Shown here: positions 36,594 through 46,247 of the stretch, in pieces
How the letters are laid out: every line of letters starts with the position of its first letter
Numbering within the stretch: position 1 is the first letter of the stretch
Origin: Candidatus Limnocylindrales bacterium
GTDB lineage: Bacteria > Chloroflexota > Limnocylindria > Limnocylindrales > CSP1-4
Direction of reading: 5' to 3'
Length of the DNA stretch: 57,055 nucleotides
NCBI GenBank assembly: GCA_035699725.1
Contig: DASSPG010000144.1
Location: 1-57,055, forward strand
Translations under genes and position numbers: made by a program
Notes under the pieces: generated by a model
Databases searched by the model: none
Seen by the model: only the letters and a program-made list of their open reading frames with translations
Told to the model about the DNA's origin: nothing

Positions 36594-37514
36594 CTACCAA
36601 TGGATGTGCCTCGCGAGGCGCGCCCGGACGATCAGGGCGAGGCCGTTGAGGGCGAGCATCAGGGCCAGGATCACGATGATCGCGGCGGCCGAGATGCCCT
36701 GGAAGTCGGCCTGTGGCCGCGACGACCACTGGTAGACCTGGATCGGCAGGACCGTGTAGCTGCCCTCGATCGGGTTGGGCAGGAACGTGACGAACACCGA
36801 CGCCCCGATCAGGAGCAGCGGCGCCGCCTCGCCGATGGCCCGGGCCATCGCCAGGATCAGACCGGTCATGATCCCGGGCGCCGCCGCGGGGAAGATCGAC
36901 CGGCGGACCATCTGCCAGCGCGTCGCGCCGAGGGCGTAGGCGCCCTCGCGCTGCGCGTCCGGGACGGCCTTGAGGGCCTCGATCGAGGCGACGATCACGA
37001 TCGGCAGGATCAGGAGCGTCATCGTCAGGCCGGCCGCGAGCGACGTCGGTCCCAGGCCGAGCAGCCGAACGAACAGGGCCAGGCCGAGGATGCCGTAGAT
37101 GATCGAGGGCACCCCGGCGAGATTGCTGATGTTGGTCTGGAGCAGGCGGTTGAACCGGTTGTCGCGGGCGTACTCGGTCAGGTAGATGGCGGCCGCGACC
37201 CCGATCGGGAAGCTGAACAGGGCCACGAACATCGCGACCTGGAACGAGCCGACGAGGGCCGGCAGGATGCCCGCCCGCTCCGGACGGCGCGACGGGACGC
37301 CCGACACGAAGTCGAGGTCGAGCCATGGCAGGCCGCGGCTGAAGACGTCGATCAGGAGGAAGACGAGGGCGAGCAGGAGCACGCCGATCGAGGCGAGGCA
37401 CGCGCCGTAGAAGATCGTCCCGGTCAGCTTCCGCCGCATGAGGGCCGGCTCGAAGCGCGGGACGGCCGGAGCCGGGGTCGTGGTCGGAGGAGCGGCCGGC
37501 GTGGAAGCGGTCAT
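36594..37514 (-). CDS. pstA: phosphate ABC transporter permease PstA
   Basis: 306-aa polytopic protein. [15 protein letters not shown] is the EAA loop typical of PstA. Position in the pst operon. Confidence 0.93.
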   Translation of the reverse strand: MTASTPAAPPTTTPAPAVPRFEPALMRRKLTGTIFYGACLASIGVLLLALVFLLIDVFSRGLPWLDLDFVSGVPSRRPERAGILPALVGSFQVAMFVALFSFPIGVAAAIYLTEYARDNRFNRLLQTNISNLAGVPSIIYGILGLALFVRLLGLGPTSLAAGLTMTLLILPIVIVASIEALKAVPDAQREGAYALGATRWQMVRRSIFPAAAPGIMTGLILAMARAIGEAAPLLLIGASVFVTFLPNPIEGSYTVLPIQVYQWSSRPQADFQGISAAAIIVILALMLALNGLALIVRARLARHIHW

Positions 37515-38428
37515 CAGTACGCGGTCCGGTACCTGCGGACGAACCAGCTGCTCAGCAGGTTGAGCACCAGGGTCATCCCGAACAGCGTCAGGCCCACCGC
37601 GAACAGGGACTTGAACTCGACCGAGCCCTGGGCGGTCTCACCGAGGCTGATCGCCGCGATGAACGCGGTCATCGTCTGGACGCTCTCGGTCGGGTCGATC
37701 GTGAACTGGGGCTTCGCGCCGACGGCCAGCAGGACCGCCATCGTCTCGCCGATCGCCCGGCTCATCGCCAGGATGATCGATGCCATGATCCCCGAGATCG
37801 CCGCCGGGAAGACGACCTTGCGGATCACCTCGAATCGGGTCGCGCCCATCGCGTAGGCGCCCTCGCGCATCCCGCGCGGGACGGCGCGCATCGCATCCTC
37901 CGAGATGGACGCGATCAGCGGCGTGATCAGCAACCCGACGACGATCCCGCCGGCCAGGGCCGAGAAGCCGCCGATGTTCTCCCGGCCCAGGATCGGGATC
38001 AGGAGCTGTGGCGAGATCACGTTCACCGCGAAGAAGCCGAGCACGATCGTCGGGATCCCCGCGATCGTCTCCAGGATCGGCTTGACGAGGGTCCGGACGC
38101 CGGGCGAGGCGTAGTCGGAGAGGAGGACCGCCGAGAGCAGCCCGAGCGGGATCGCGATGACCAGGGCGATCGCGGCCACGAGCACCGTGCCCGAGACGAG
38201 GGCCAGGACGCCCCAGGCCCGGGGCTCGATCGAGGCCGACCAGAAGGTGCCCGTGAAGAACGCGATCGGGTCGATCTCGACGAAGAAGTCGAGCGTCTCG
38301 ACCACGAGCACGGCCACGATTCCGAGCGTCGTCACGACACCGACGACCGCGGCGAGGAAGAGGAGCGCCTCGATGACCCGCTCGGACAGGGGCCGGGCGC
38401 GGGTCAGGGGTCGGGGGGCAGCGGTCAT
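37514..38428 (-). CDS. pstC: phosphate ABC transporter permease PstC
   Basis: 304-aa polytopic protein. [15 protein letters not shown] is the EAA loop. Position in the pst operon. Confidence 0.93.
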   Translation of the reverse strand: MTAAPRPLTRARPLSERVIEALLFLAAVVGVVTTLGIVAVLVVETLDFFVEIDPIAFFTGTFWSASIEPRAWGVLALVSGTVLVAAIALVIAIPLGLLSAVLLSDYASPGVRTLVKPILETIAGIPTIVLGFFAVNVISPQLLIPILGRENIGGFSALAGGIVVGLLITPLIASISEDAMRAVPRGMREGAYAMGATRFEVIRKVVFPAAISGIMASIILAMSRAIGETMAVLLAVGAKPQFTIDPTESVQTMTAFIAAISLGETAQGSVEFKSLFAVGLTLFGMTLVLNLLSSWFVRRYRTAY

Positions 38429-38493
38429 TCGATGTGGCTCTCCACGGCGATGGTCACCCCGGCGAAGCGTACGTCAGCGACGCAGGGCCGGCA

Positions 38494-38529
38494 GCACACC
38501 GGCTCGATCCGAGCTTCGAGCCGGTGTGC
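38494..38529 (-). promoter_or_regulatory. 13-bp perfect stem-loop in the pstS-pstC spacer
   Basis: GCACACCGGCTCG-N10-CGAGCCGGTGTGC, with no U-tract. It lies within the 126-nt pstS-pstC gap. Confidence 0.55.
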
Positions 38530-38554
38530 GCCGGGTGTGGTCAGTGACGAGGGG

Positions 38555-39562
38555 TCAGCCCCCGACGGCGGCCTTCCATTCGTCCTTCTCCTTCTGGAGC
38601 AGGTCGGCCGGGAGTGCGATGTACCCGACCTCGGCCGAGAGGGTGGACGTGTGCTCGAGGAAGAAGTCGACGAAGGCCTTCAGCTCCGGTCGCGTCTTCG
38701 CCTTGCCGACGTCCGGGTAGATGAACAGCGGTCGTGACAGCGGCTCGTACGACCCGTCGTTGATCGTCGCCTCGGTCGGGGCGACGCAGCCGGAGCCGCC
38801 GTCGACCTCGATCGCCTTGAGCTTGTCCTGGTTCTCGACGTAGTACGCATACCCGAAGAAGGAGATCGCGTTCGCGTCGCCGGCGACGCCGGTCACCAGG
38901 ACGTTGTCGTCCTCGGACTGGGTGGCGTTCTGGGTCGCCTCGTCCACCTTGCCGTTGATCACCTCGGTGAAGTAGTCGAACGTGCCCGAGTCGGCACCGG
39001 GCATGAAGCGGTTGATCGTCTGGGCCGGGAAGCCTGCCCGGATGTCGCTCCACTTGAGGTCCTTGGGCGCGTCCTTGCCGTAGATCTTCTTGAGCTCGTC
39101 CTTCGTGAGGCAGGTGGCGAAGGTGTTGGCCGGATTGACGACGACCGTCAGGCCGTCGATCGCCACCTGGAGCTCGACGTAGTTGATGTTGTTGGTCTTG
39201 CAGGCGAGTCCCTCACCCTCGTCCTCGGCCTTGATCGGCCGCGAGGCGTCGTTGATGTCGGTCTCGCCCTTGCAGAACTTCTTGAAGCCGCCGCCCGTGC
39301 CCGACAGCGAGGTCGGCACCTTGACGCCGGGGTTCGCGAGCTGGAACTCCTCCGCCACCGCTTCGGTGATCGGATAGACCGTGCTCGAGCCGTCGATCGT
39401 GATCGTGCCCGACAGGTTCGCAGCGGAGCCGGCCGCCGACCCGCTGCTCGAGCCGGGGGTGCCGGGGGCCTGGGTCGCGCCGCCGCCGCACGCGGCCGCC
39501 GCGATGGCCACGAGGATCGTCAATGCGGCGATCCGCCGGGGCGCGCTGTGGTTCACGCTCAA
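38555..39562 (-). CDS. pstS: phosphate ABC transporter substrate-binding lipoprotein
   Basis: TTG start 6 nt after GGAGGA (GTG 39556 is the alternative). Lipobox [32 protein letters not shown] and the INDASRP blocks are typical of PstS. Confidence 0.92.
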   Translation of the reverse strand: MSVNHSAPRRIAALTILVAIAAAACGGGATQAPGTPGSSSGSAAGSAANLSGTITIDGSSTVYPITEAVAEEFQLANPGVKVPTSLSGTGGGFKKFCKGETDINDASRPIKAEDEGEGLACKTNNINYVELQVAIDGLTVVVNPANTFATCLTKDELKKIYGKDAPKDLKWSDIRAGFPAQTINRFMPGADSGTFDYFTEVINGKVDEATQNATQSEDDNVLVTGVAGDANAISFFGYAYYVENQDKLKAIEVDGGSGCVAPTEATINDGSYEPLSRPLFIYPDVGKAKTRPELKAFVDFFLEHTSTLSAEVGYIALPADLLQKEKDEWKAAVGG

Positions 39563-39709
39563 TGCTCTTCCTCCAGGCACTCGGGCGCAGGGGCGCTCGG
39601 AGTGCGCTCGTGCTGGCGACCTTGTCGCCGTGCAGCGCCGGACATCGGCCGCTGGTGGGTCTCGTCTGCCCAGTGCATGCTCGGCGGGAGCGATCAACAG
39701 GCATTTCCT

Positions 39710-39731
39710 CGCCTGTTAACGCCTCGTTAAC
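39710..39731 (-). promoter_or_regulatory. candidate PHO box: two 11-nt direct repeat units (GTTAACGAGGC GTTAACAGGCG)
   Basis: Read on the pstS strand. The GTTAAC hexamers are exactly 11 nt apart, about 150 nt upstream of pstS and 64 nt upstream of the divergent gene, and are AT-rich against the GC background. Confidence 0.35.
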
Positions 39732-39794
39732 CACGACCGACCGACGCGCAACGGGGGAGTGGGGGACAATGCGGCGGGGCCAGAGGAGGGTTTG

Positions 39795-40412
39795 ATGACC
39801 GAACCACGAGCCGCACGCGCGGCGACCGGGACCAGCCGAACGCGGACGCCCGCGAAACGACCGGCAGCGAAGGCGACGTCGACCACGAGGTCCACGACTG
39901 CGAAGGCATCGACCGCCAAGGCGCCGGCCGCGACCGCCAAGGCGCCGGCCGCGAGGTCCACGACCACGAAGGCGTCGAACGCGAAGCCGAGCCAGACCCC
40001 GGCCGCGAAGGCGGCCACCAGGTCCGCCAGCGCCGCGTCGCCCGCGCCATCGGCGTCCGCGCCGGCGACGGCGGCCGCGTCGGCGGCACCCGGCATCAGC
40101 CCGGCCGACGCCCTCGCCCGCCACCTCGACTGGCTCGACTTCGCCCTCGCGGCGGCGAAGTCGGAGGAGTCGTGGCGCAAGGAGCGTCTCGCCAAGGCGA
40201 CGAAGAAGAATCGGTCGAAGCGCGAGGCCCGTCTCACCGACGTGACCGCCGAGATCGAGGAGCTGACCGCCCTCCTGGCGGGCATCCGCGAGCTCAAGGC
40301 GCGACGCGCGCGCTCGACGACCCGTGCAAAGGCGACCAGTCGGCGCAAGCCGTCATCCGGCCGCGGGCCCGGCCGCCCGCGCAAGACGCCGCCGCCCGCG
40401 AGCCCGGCCTGA
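39795..40412 (+). CDS. Ala/Lys/Thr-rich basic protein with a coiled-coil segment and a C-terminal AT-hook-like motif
   Basis: GAGGAGGG lies 4 nt before the ATG. The N-terminal half is PAKR/AKAxxT low-complexity sequence, including an exact 21-nt in-frame duplication (TAKAPAA x2). It is followed by a predicted helix (LDWLDFALAAAKSEESWRKERLAKATKKN...EIEELTALLAGIRELKARRA) and ends SGRGPGRPRKTPPP. Confidence 0.65.
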   Translation: MTEPRAARAATGTSRTRTPAKRPAAKATSTTRSTTAKASTAKAPAATAKAPAARSTTTKASNAKPSQTPAAKAATRSASAASPAPSASAPATAAASAAPGISPADALARHLDWLDFALAAAKSEESWRKERLAKATKKNRSKREARLTDVTAEIEELTALLAGIRELKARRARSTTRAKATSRRKPSSGRGPGRPRKTPPPASPA

Positions 40413-40435
40413 CCCGGCTCCGGCCGCACTGATCG

Positions 40436-41386
40436 GTGGCGCGGCGTCCCGGCGCGGCGATCGACCTCGGCTCGACCTCGGTCCACCTCCTCATCGCGCG
40501 GCCGGCCGGCAGCGAGCTCGTCGTGATCGACGACGAGTCGTCGTTCCTGGGGCTCGGCGCCGCGGTGGACGGTCCGGGCGTTCTCGGGCCGGACGCGCGG
40601 GCGACGGTGGTCGCGACGGTCGCGGGCTACGTCGAGCGGGCCCGTGCCGCCGGCGCGCTCCAGCCGGTGGTGATCGGCACGGAGCCCCTCCGCCGCCTCG
40701 CGGACGCGGACCGGATCGTGGCCGGGATCTCGGCGGCGTGTGGCGTCCCCGTCCACGTCCTCGCACACGAGGAGGAGGCGCAACTGACGCTGATCGGGCT
40801 GACGGCCGGGCGGACCGTCCGACGCGACCTGATCGTCGTGGACATCGGCGGCGGCAGCTCGGAGGTCATCGAGATCGGCCCGAATCGGCCGGCGCGGGCG
40901 GCGGGCATCGCCGTCGGTGCCGGGCGGCTGACCCGTTCGATCGTCAGCCACGATCCGCCCCTCGCCACGGAGATCGCGAGCCTGACCGCGGCCGCCGACG
41001 CCGCGTTCACGTGGTCACCGACGCGGCCGCCCGGCGACGTGGTCGCGGTCGGCGGCACCGCAACGAACCTGTTGAAGCTGCTCCGCCGGAGCGCCGGGGC
41101 CGATGCGTCCGACGTCCTCGACCGGGCCGCGCTCGACACGGTCCGGGACATCGTGAGCCGCACCCCGGCCGACGTGCTCGCGGTCGAGTTCGGGATGCGC
41201 GAGGCCCGGATCCGCCTGCTCGCGGCCGGAGCGGCGATCATCGAGGCGGTGCTGGGCCGGACGGGGGTCGACGCGATCCGCGTGGCGGACAGCGGGATCC
41301 GGGAGGGCGCCATCATCGCGGCCGATCGGGCCGGCCCGGCCTGGCGGGAGCGGCTCGAAGAGCTGGCCCACGGCTGGATCGGCTGA
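40436..41386 (+). CDS. Ppx/GppA-family phosphatase (exopolyphosphatase-like, N-terminal two-domain core only)
   Basis: AIDLGSTSVHLLIA, IGTEPLRR, EEEAQLT and VVDIGGGSSE are the ASKHA-fold Ppx/GppA phosphate-binding motifs. 316 aa. Confidence 0.88.
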   Translation: MARRPGAAIDLGSTSVHLLIARPAGSELVVIDDESSFLGLGAAVDGPGVLGPDARATVVATVAGYVERARAAGALQPVVIGTEPLRRLADADRIVAGISAACGVPVHVLAHEEEAQLTLIGLTAGRTVRRDLIVVDIGGGSSEVIEIGPNRPARAAGIAVGAGRLTRSIVSHDPPLATEIASLTAAADAAFTWSPTRPPGDVVAVGGTATNLLKLLRRSAGADASDVLDRAALDTVRDIVSRTPADVLAVEFGMREARIRLLAAGAAIIEAVLGRTGVDAIRVADSGIREGAIIAADRAGPAWRERLEELAHGWIG

Positions 41387-41729
41387 TCCCGTGCCGGGCT
41401 GATCCAGTGCCGGCTAGACGCGGTCGCGGGCCGTGGAGAGGCTCGTGCGGCCGAGGTTGAGAGCGGGTCGTCCGACGTCGAGCAGGAACCAGGCGCGGCG
41501 GGTGGTCCGGGCCAGCGGCTGGGGGACGGACGCCGAGCTGCGGCCATCCGGCGCGAGGCGGCGGCCCAACCGCTGGACCTTGGCCTGGAGCGAGCGGGCC
41601 CGCGTCCGGGAGGGAGCGCTCTGCGTGTCCATGCGGGCACGATAGAAGCGAGACCCGCGCGTTCCGATCCCCGTCGGACCGCGGTCGTTGCAACGGCATC
41701 TCAGCGTGAAGGACGTCGCGGCGGGAGCC

Positions 41730-43664
41730 TCAGAGCGCGGCGAGAGCCCGGCCCAGGGCCCGCCGGAACGTGATTCCGGTCACGCCCCGCCACGGGCGGC
41801 CGACCGTCCGCCGCAGCCGGGCGATCTCCCGCTCGCGGTTCGCGAGGTAGCGGGCGATGGCCGCGCTCTCCGGATCGCTCAGCGAGCCGGCGTGCTCGAC
41901 GAGGAAGTCCCGTGCCAGATGAGCGGAGACGTCCGCATCGTTGAGGAGCCCGAGGTGGTCCTGGAGGGCGGTGACCCGGGCGATCAGCGCGTCGGCGTCC
42001 GGCCCGAGCGCCTCGCGCACGAACTCGATCGAATAGCGCAGCCACTTGCCGTGGATCCGCAGCTCGTGGAGCGTCTCGACGTCCGCCCAGCGAAGCACCG
42101 GCTCGAACGAGCGGACCTGCTCGTAGGCCGCCTGGATGCGGGAGGCCGCGGTGTCGCGGACCCGGTGCGGCTCGGTCGCCACGACGGCGCGCGCCGCCAG
42201 GCCCTCATGGCGCACGAACTCGGCGTAGTCGTCGAGCCAGCGCCGGTAGCCGTCCGAATCGAGCTCCCGGATGAGCAGCCGGCGGGCGTCCTCGCGGTGC
42301 GTCCGCCAGGCCACGAGCAGCGGCTCCATGGCTCGCTGCTCGGCGACCGGCAGGTCGGCGCGGTAGGCGTCGGCGGCCTCGAGCAGGACATCGAGGTCGC
42401 GCACGGCCCCGAGCCGCGAGGCAACCTCCCGCAGCCGCGTCCGATGGCCCTTCGTGCGGCCGGATCGGAATGCCTCGCCGAAGACGCGCCACGCGGCCCG
42501 CTGGCGCCGCGTCGCGACGCGCATCGCATGGAGATCGCGGTTGTCGGTGCCGTCGCGGGTGCCCGCCTCGCGAGCGATCATCCGGGCGAGGTGGAACCGG
42601 AGGACCTTGCGACCGGCCTCGGCGACGTGGTCGTCCGCGCTGACGCCGGGCGTCCTGCCGACGACGAGCTGCGGCCGCTGATCGGTGTCGGGCGCCGACT
42701 CGACCTCCACCGCCGCGCCAGGTTTCGTCCGGGCGCGGGTGCGCTTCGGAGCCGATCGGGCCGCAGGTGGAGCGGGCGTGTCCGGCGCGTCCGGTGCGGC
42801 CCGATCGCCCGCGTCGGCGCCGGTCTCGGCCTCGGCCGCCGCGGTTGCGACCGATTCCACCTTCGCGGTCGGGGCCTCGGCCGGTCCGGCGCTCTCGAGC
42901 TCGGCGAGGACCGCCCGCACGATCTGGCCGATCGGGACCGCCGCCGGGGCGGTCGCGGGTCCGTCACCGACCTCGAGCGCGGTCAGGGCCGGGCCGCGGC
43001 CGCCGCGCTTCGACTCGGCAGCGGCGACCGCCCGCAGCGCCGACCGCAGCTTGGACGAGTCTGCCGGCGCCAGCCCGGCGTCGGCGGCGAGCGCCGCGTC
43101 GATCGCGCCGAGGGCCGCTTCGTCGCCGCGCAGGAGCTCCACCTCCAGCTCGACGAACCGGCCCACGACGCGGCTCCGGCTGACCGCGTCGACCTCGTCG
43201 AGGCTCAGCTCGACCGTCGTCCCGTCACGCTCCAGGTTCCGCTTGCGGCGCAGCTGGCGGATCGTGACGACCTCGACCAGCGGCGCGTCGCCGCACTGCT
43301 CGAGGAGCACCGACCGCGCGTCCGACGGCGGCCAGTCGCGGGGATGGGCCGTCCGATCGGCCGGGCCCTCGAGCTCCTCGCGGCGATGGACGCTGCCCGC
43401 ACCGACCCGGCGGGCCGTCGACTTCACCGCGACGATCGTCTCCTTCGCGGTCTGCCGGATCCGGGCCGCGAAGCCCGCCCGGGCCAGCGCCCCATCCGCC
43501 GTGTCGATGTAGCGATCCTCGACCTGCGTGGAGCGGACCGCGGAGACCGGCCGGAACCCGGCCAGCTCGTCGACGACCAGGTAGCGATCGCCGGCGGCGG
43601 CGTCGACGACCCGGTACTTCAGCTCGACCTCGAGTGGTTGCCCTGCCCGCGGCGCGGCGCTCAT
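41730..43664 (-). CDS. CYTH (triphosphate tunnel metalloenzyme) - CHAD fusion protein
   Basis: The ATG overlaps the ppk1 stop (ATGA). It carries the N-terminal EVELKY ExExK signature and HRREELE. An Ala/Pro-rich linker follows. The C-terminal CHAD helices are HAMRVATRRQRAAWRVF, LHELRIHGKWLRYSIEF. Confidence 0.88.
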   Translation of the reverse strand: MSAAPRAGQPLEVELKYRVVDAAAGDRYLVVDELAGFRPVSAVRSTQVEDRYIDTADGALARAGFAARIRQTAKETIVAVKSTARRVGAGSVHRREELEGPADRTAHPRDWPPSDARSVLLEQCGDAPLVEVVTIRQLRRKRNLERDGTTVELSLDEVDAVSRSRVVGRFVELEVELLRGDEAALGAIDAALAADAGLAPADSSKLRSALRAVAAAESKRGGRGPALTALEVGDGPATAPAAVPIGQIVRAVLAELESAGPAEAPTAKVESVATAAAEAETGADAGDRAAPDAPDTPAPPAARSAPKRTRARTKPGAAVEVESAPDTDQRPQLVVGRTPGVSADDHVAEAGRKVLRFHLARMIAREAGTRDGTDNRDLHAMRVATRRQRAAWRVFGEAFRSGRTKGHRTRLREVASRLGAVRDLDVLLEAADAYRADLPVAEQRAMEPLLVAWRTHREDARRLLIRELDSDGYRRWLDDYAEFVRHEGLAARAVVATEPHRVRDTAASRIQAAYEQVRSFEPVLRWADVETLHELRIHGKWLRYSIEFVREALGPDADALIARVTALQDHLGLLNDADVSAHLARDFLVEHAGSLSDPESAAIARYLANREREIARLRRTVGRPWRGVTGITFRRALGRALAAL

Positions 43665-45874
43665 GCGCGCGGGTCCAGCGAGCCGGCCCCGGCATGGGGT
43701 CGGTGAGGTGCCGCGACGGCGCTGACCGAGGCGAGCGCGCGGGTCTTCAGCTCCTCGTGCGTGTCGAACGTCCCGGGCCGGCCGTGTTCGGCTTCGACCC
43801 GCGTCCAGCGGGCGTCCGGTCCGAGCTGCCACGAGCGGCGATCATCGCGCAGCATCACGTCGACGATCTCCGCGATCCGGGCCTGCGCCTCCCCGTCCTC
43901 GACCGGGACCATCGCCTCCACCCGCCGGTCCAGGTTGCGATCCATGAGGTCGGCCGAGCCCATGTACCACTCGGGCTGGCCGCCGTTCTCGAACCCCCAG
44001 ATCCGCGAGTGCTCGAGGAACTCGCCGACGATCGAGCGGACGGAGATCCCCGTCGAGACGCCCTTGATCCCGGGCAGGAGCGAGCAGGCGGCCCGGGCGA
44101 TGACGTCGATCCGGACCCCGCGCTGGGAGGCCTCGTACAGCGCCTCGATCGAGGGCTGGTCCACGAGCGCGTTCAGCTTCACGACGATCCGGGCGGGCCG
44201 ACCGAGCGCGGCGTGGTCCACCTCGCGCTGGACGAGCTCCAGGAACCGGGAACGGAGGCTGTGCGGCGCGACGAGGAGCCGGCGGAATGTGGTCTGGCGC
44301 GAGAGGCCGGTCAGCACGTTGAAGAGGTCCGTCACGTCCGCCCCGAGCTCCGGTCGGCAGCTCAGCAGGCCGAGGTCGGTGTACAGGCGGGCCGTCCGGT
44401 GGTTGTAGTTGCCGGTGCCGATGTGGACGTAGCGGCGGAGCCCGGAGCCTTCGCGCCGGACGACGAGGCACGTCTTGGAGTGCGTCTTGAGCCCGACGAG
44501 CCCGTAGACGACGTGGGCGCCCGCCTGCTCGAGGCGGCGGGCCCAGATGATGTTGGCCTCCTCGTCGAAGCGGGCCTTGATCTCGACGAGGACGACGACC
44601 TGCTTGCCCCGCTCGGCGGCCCGGATCAGGTCGCGCACGATCGGCGAATCGCCCGACGTCCGGTAGAGCGTCATCTTGATCGTGAGGACCTCCGGGTCAT
44701 CCACGGCCTGGGTGATGAACCGCTCGACCGACGCCGCGAAGCTCTCGTACGGGTGGTGGACGAGGATGTCGCCGGTCCGGATGGCGGCGAGGACGTCGGC
44801 GGGCTCGTCCTCGTCGGGCGGGACGAGGCGGGGCGGCGTGACCGGCGTCCAGGGCGGGCTCTTGAGGTCCGGCCGGTCGAGTTCCAGGATGTCGCGCAGC
44901 CCGGTCAGGTCGAGCATGCCCTTGATCTCGTAGGCGTCGTCGGTGCCGAGTCCGAGGCCGCCGAGCAGGATCGCCCGGGTGCCGGCCGGCATCGAGCGCT
45001 CGACCTCGACCCGCACGGCCTCGCCGAAGCGTCGCCGCCGGAGCTCCTCCTCGATCGCCATCAGGAGATCGTCCGCCTCGTCCTCCTCGATCGCGAGGTC
45101 GGCGTTGCGCGTCACGCGGAAGAGGTGGTGCTCCACGACCTCCATCCCGCTGAACAGGAGGTCCAGGTTCGCCTCGATGATCTGGTCGAGGAGCACGAAC
45201 CGGTGCGGCTCGACCTCGTACAGGCGGGGCAGGATCTGGGGCACCTTGACCCGGGCGAAATGGTCCTCGCCGGTCACCGGGTCGCGCAGGCCGACCGCGA
45301 TCGACAGGCTGAGCGTCGAGATGTACGGGAAGGGGTGCCCGGGATCCACGGCCAGCGGGGTGAGGACCGGATAGATCTCCTCGATGAACCGCTGGCGGAG
45401 GGCGTCGTGGTGCTCGGGGATCGAGCCGTACTTGACGACCTCGATCCCGGCCGCCGCCAGATCGTGCCGGATCTGGCTCCAGGCGGCGCTCTGGACGGCG
45501 ACGAGCTCCAGGACGCGCGCGCGGGCCGCCGCGATCTGCTCGGCCGCGGTTCGCCCGTCCGGGGAGCGCGCGACCGAGCCGGTCGCGACCTGCTGGCGCA
45601 GGCCGGCGATCCGGACCTGGAAGAACTCGTCGAGGTTGCTGGCGAAGATCGTCAGGAATCGGACCCGCTCGATCAGCGGGTTGCGCTCGTCCTGTGCCTC
45701 GTGCAGGACGCGCGCGTTGAACTCGAGCCAGGAGAGCTCGCGGTTGACGTACGGGGTCCCTCCCGGGGCGGGCCGGACGCGGTCGTTTCCGGCGGCGCCG
45801 CGCGGCCGGCCGCCACCGGGACGTGACGGCTTTCGCCCCGAGGCAGTCCGGCGGCCGCGGATCGTGTCGGTCAT
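43661..45874 (-). CDS. ppk: polyphosphate kinase 1
   Basis: 737 aa: YVNRELSWLEFNARVLHEA, FFQVRIAGL, the two PLD-like HKD regions (GLKTHSKTCLVVRRE; EFLEHSRIW), and VHIGTGNYN. Confidence 0.96.
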   Translation of the reverse strand: MTDTIRGRRTASGRKPSRPGGGRPRGAAGNDRVRPAPGGTPYVNRELSWLEFNARVLHEAQDERNPLIERVRFLTIFASNLDEFFQVRIAGLRQQVATGSVARSPDGRTAAEQIAAARARVLELVAVQSAAWSQIRHDLAAAGIEVVKYGSIPEHHDALRQRFIEEIYPVLTPLAVDPGHPFPYISTLSLSIAVGLRDPVTGEDHFARVKVPQILPRLYEVEPHRFVLLDQIIEANLDLLFSGMEVVEHHLFRVTRNADLAIEEDEADDLLMAIEEELRRRRFGEAVRVEVERSMPAGTRAILLGGLGLGTDDAYEIKGMLDLTGLRDILELDRPDLKSPPWTPVTPPRLVPPDEDEPADVLAAIRTGDILVHHPYESFAASVERFITQAVDDPEVLTIKMTLYRTSGDSPIVRDLIRAAERGKQVVVLVEIKARFDEEANIIWARRLEQAGAHVVYGLVGLKTHSKTCLVVRREGSGLRRYVHIGTGNYNHRTARLYTDLGLLSCRPELGADVTDLFNVLTGLSRQTTFRRLLVAPHSLRSRFLELVQREVDHAALGRPARIVVKLNALVDQPSIEALYEASQRGVRIDVIARAACSLLPGIKGVSTGISVRSIVGEFLEHSRIWGFENGGQPEWYMGSADLMDRNLDRRVEAMVPVEDGEAQARIAEIVDVMLRDDRRSWQLGPDARWTRVEAEHGRPGTFDTHEELKTRALASVSAVAAPHRPHAGAGSLDPRA

Positions 45875-45878
45875 CGGA

Positions 45879-46229
45879 TCACGCGTCGGCGACGTACCGC
45901 CGCTCGCCCGTCCTCCCGTCGAGGTAGACCCGCATCACCACGCCGGTCGTCGGGTCCACGAACGTCTCGGCCGTCCGGCGGAATCGCGGATCGAGCTGGC
46001 TCGACGGCTCGCCTCCACCCGGCCCGGCCGACTCGAACGAGCGCTCGGCGTCCTCGGATCGGTAGCGGTTGCGCTCGATCGCGAGGGCGACGAGCAGCGC
46101 CGCGCCCGCGACGACGACCCACAGGCCGGACACCGCGTTCCCGCCGCCGATGGCAATGAGCCCCAACCCGCCGACGATCATCAGCGTCGCGACGACGACG
46201 ACGATCGCGCGGGTGGTCGCGGTCAGCAT
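45879..46229 (-). CDS. small membrane protein (116 aa, two helices), unknown function
   Basis: AIVVVVATLMIVGGLGLIAIGG and GLWVVVAGAALLVALAI are followed by a soluble tail. It ends 4 nt before the ppk1 start. Confidence 0.6.
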   Translation of the reverse strand: MLTATTRAIVVVVATLMIVGGLGLIAIGGGNAVSGLWVVVAGAALLVALAIERNRYRSEDAERSFESAGPGGGEPSSQLDPRFRRTAETFVDPTTGVVMRVYLDGRTGERRYVADA

Positions 46230-46247
46230 CGTGGCCGCTCTCGCGTG

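Noticed and set aside
41414-41632. A 72-aa minus-strand ORF (and the same-phase 70-aa plus-strand ORF 41433..41645) in the gap between ppx and CYTH-CHAD.
   Set aside because: G/C third-position bias is present, but both strands share it because their codon phases coincide. Both translations are Arg/Ser-rich with few Ala/Gly/Val/Asp/Glu codons, and there is no SD or -10 element. It may be a decayed remnant. I could not support it as a gene.
41688-45826. Plus-strand ORFs of 672 aa (41688..43706) and 730 aa (43634..45826) over the CHAD and ppk1 genes.
   Set aside because: They are shadow frames of ppk1 and CYTH-CHAD, both of which carry diagnostic motifs on the minus strand.
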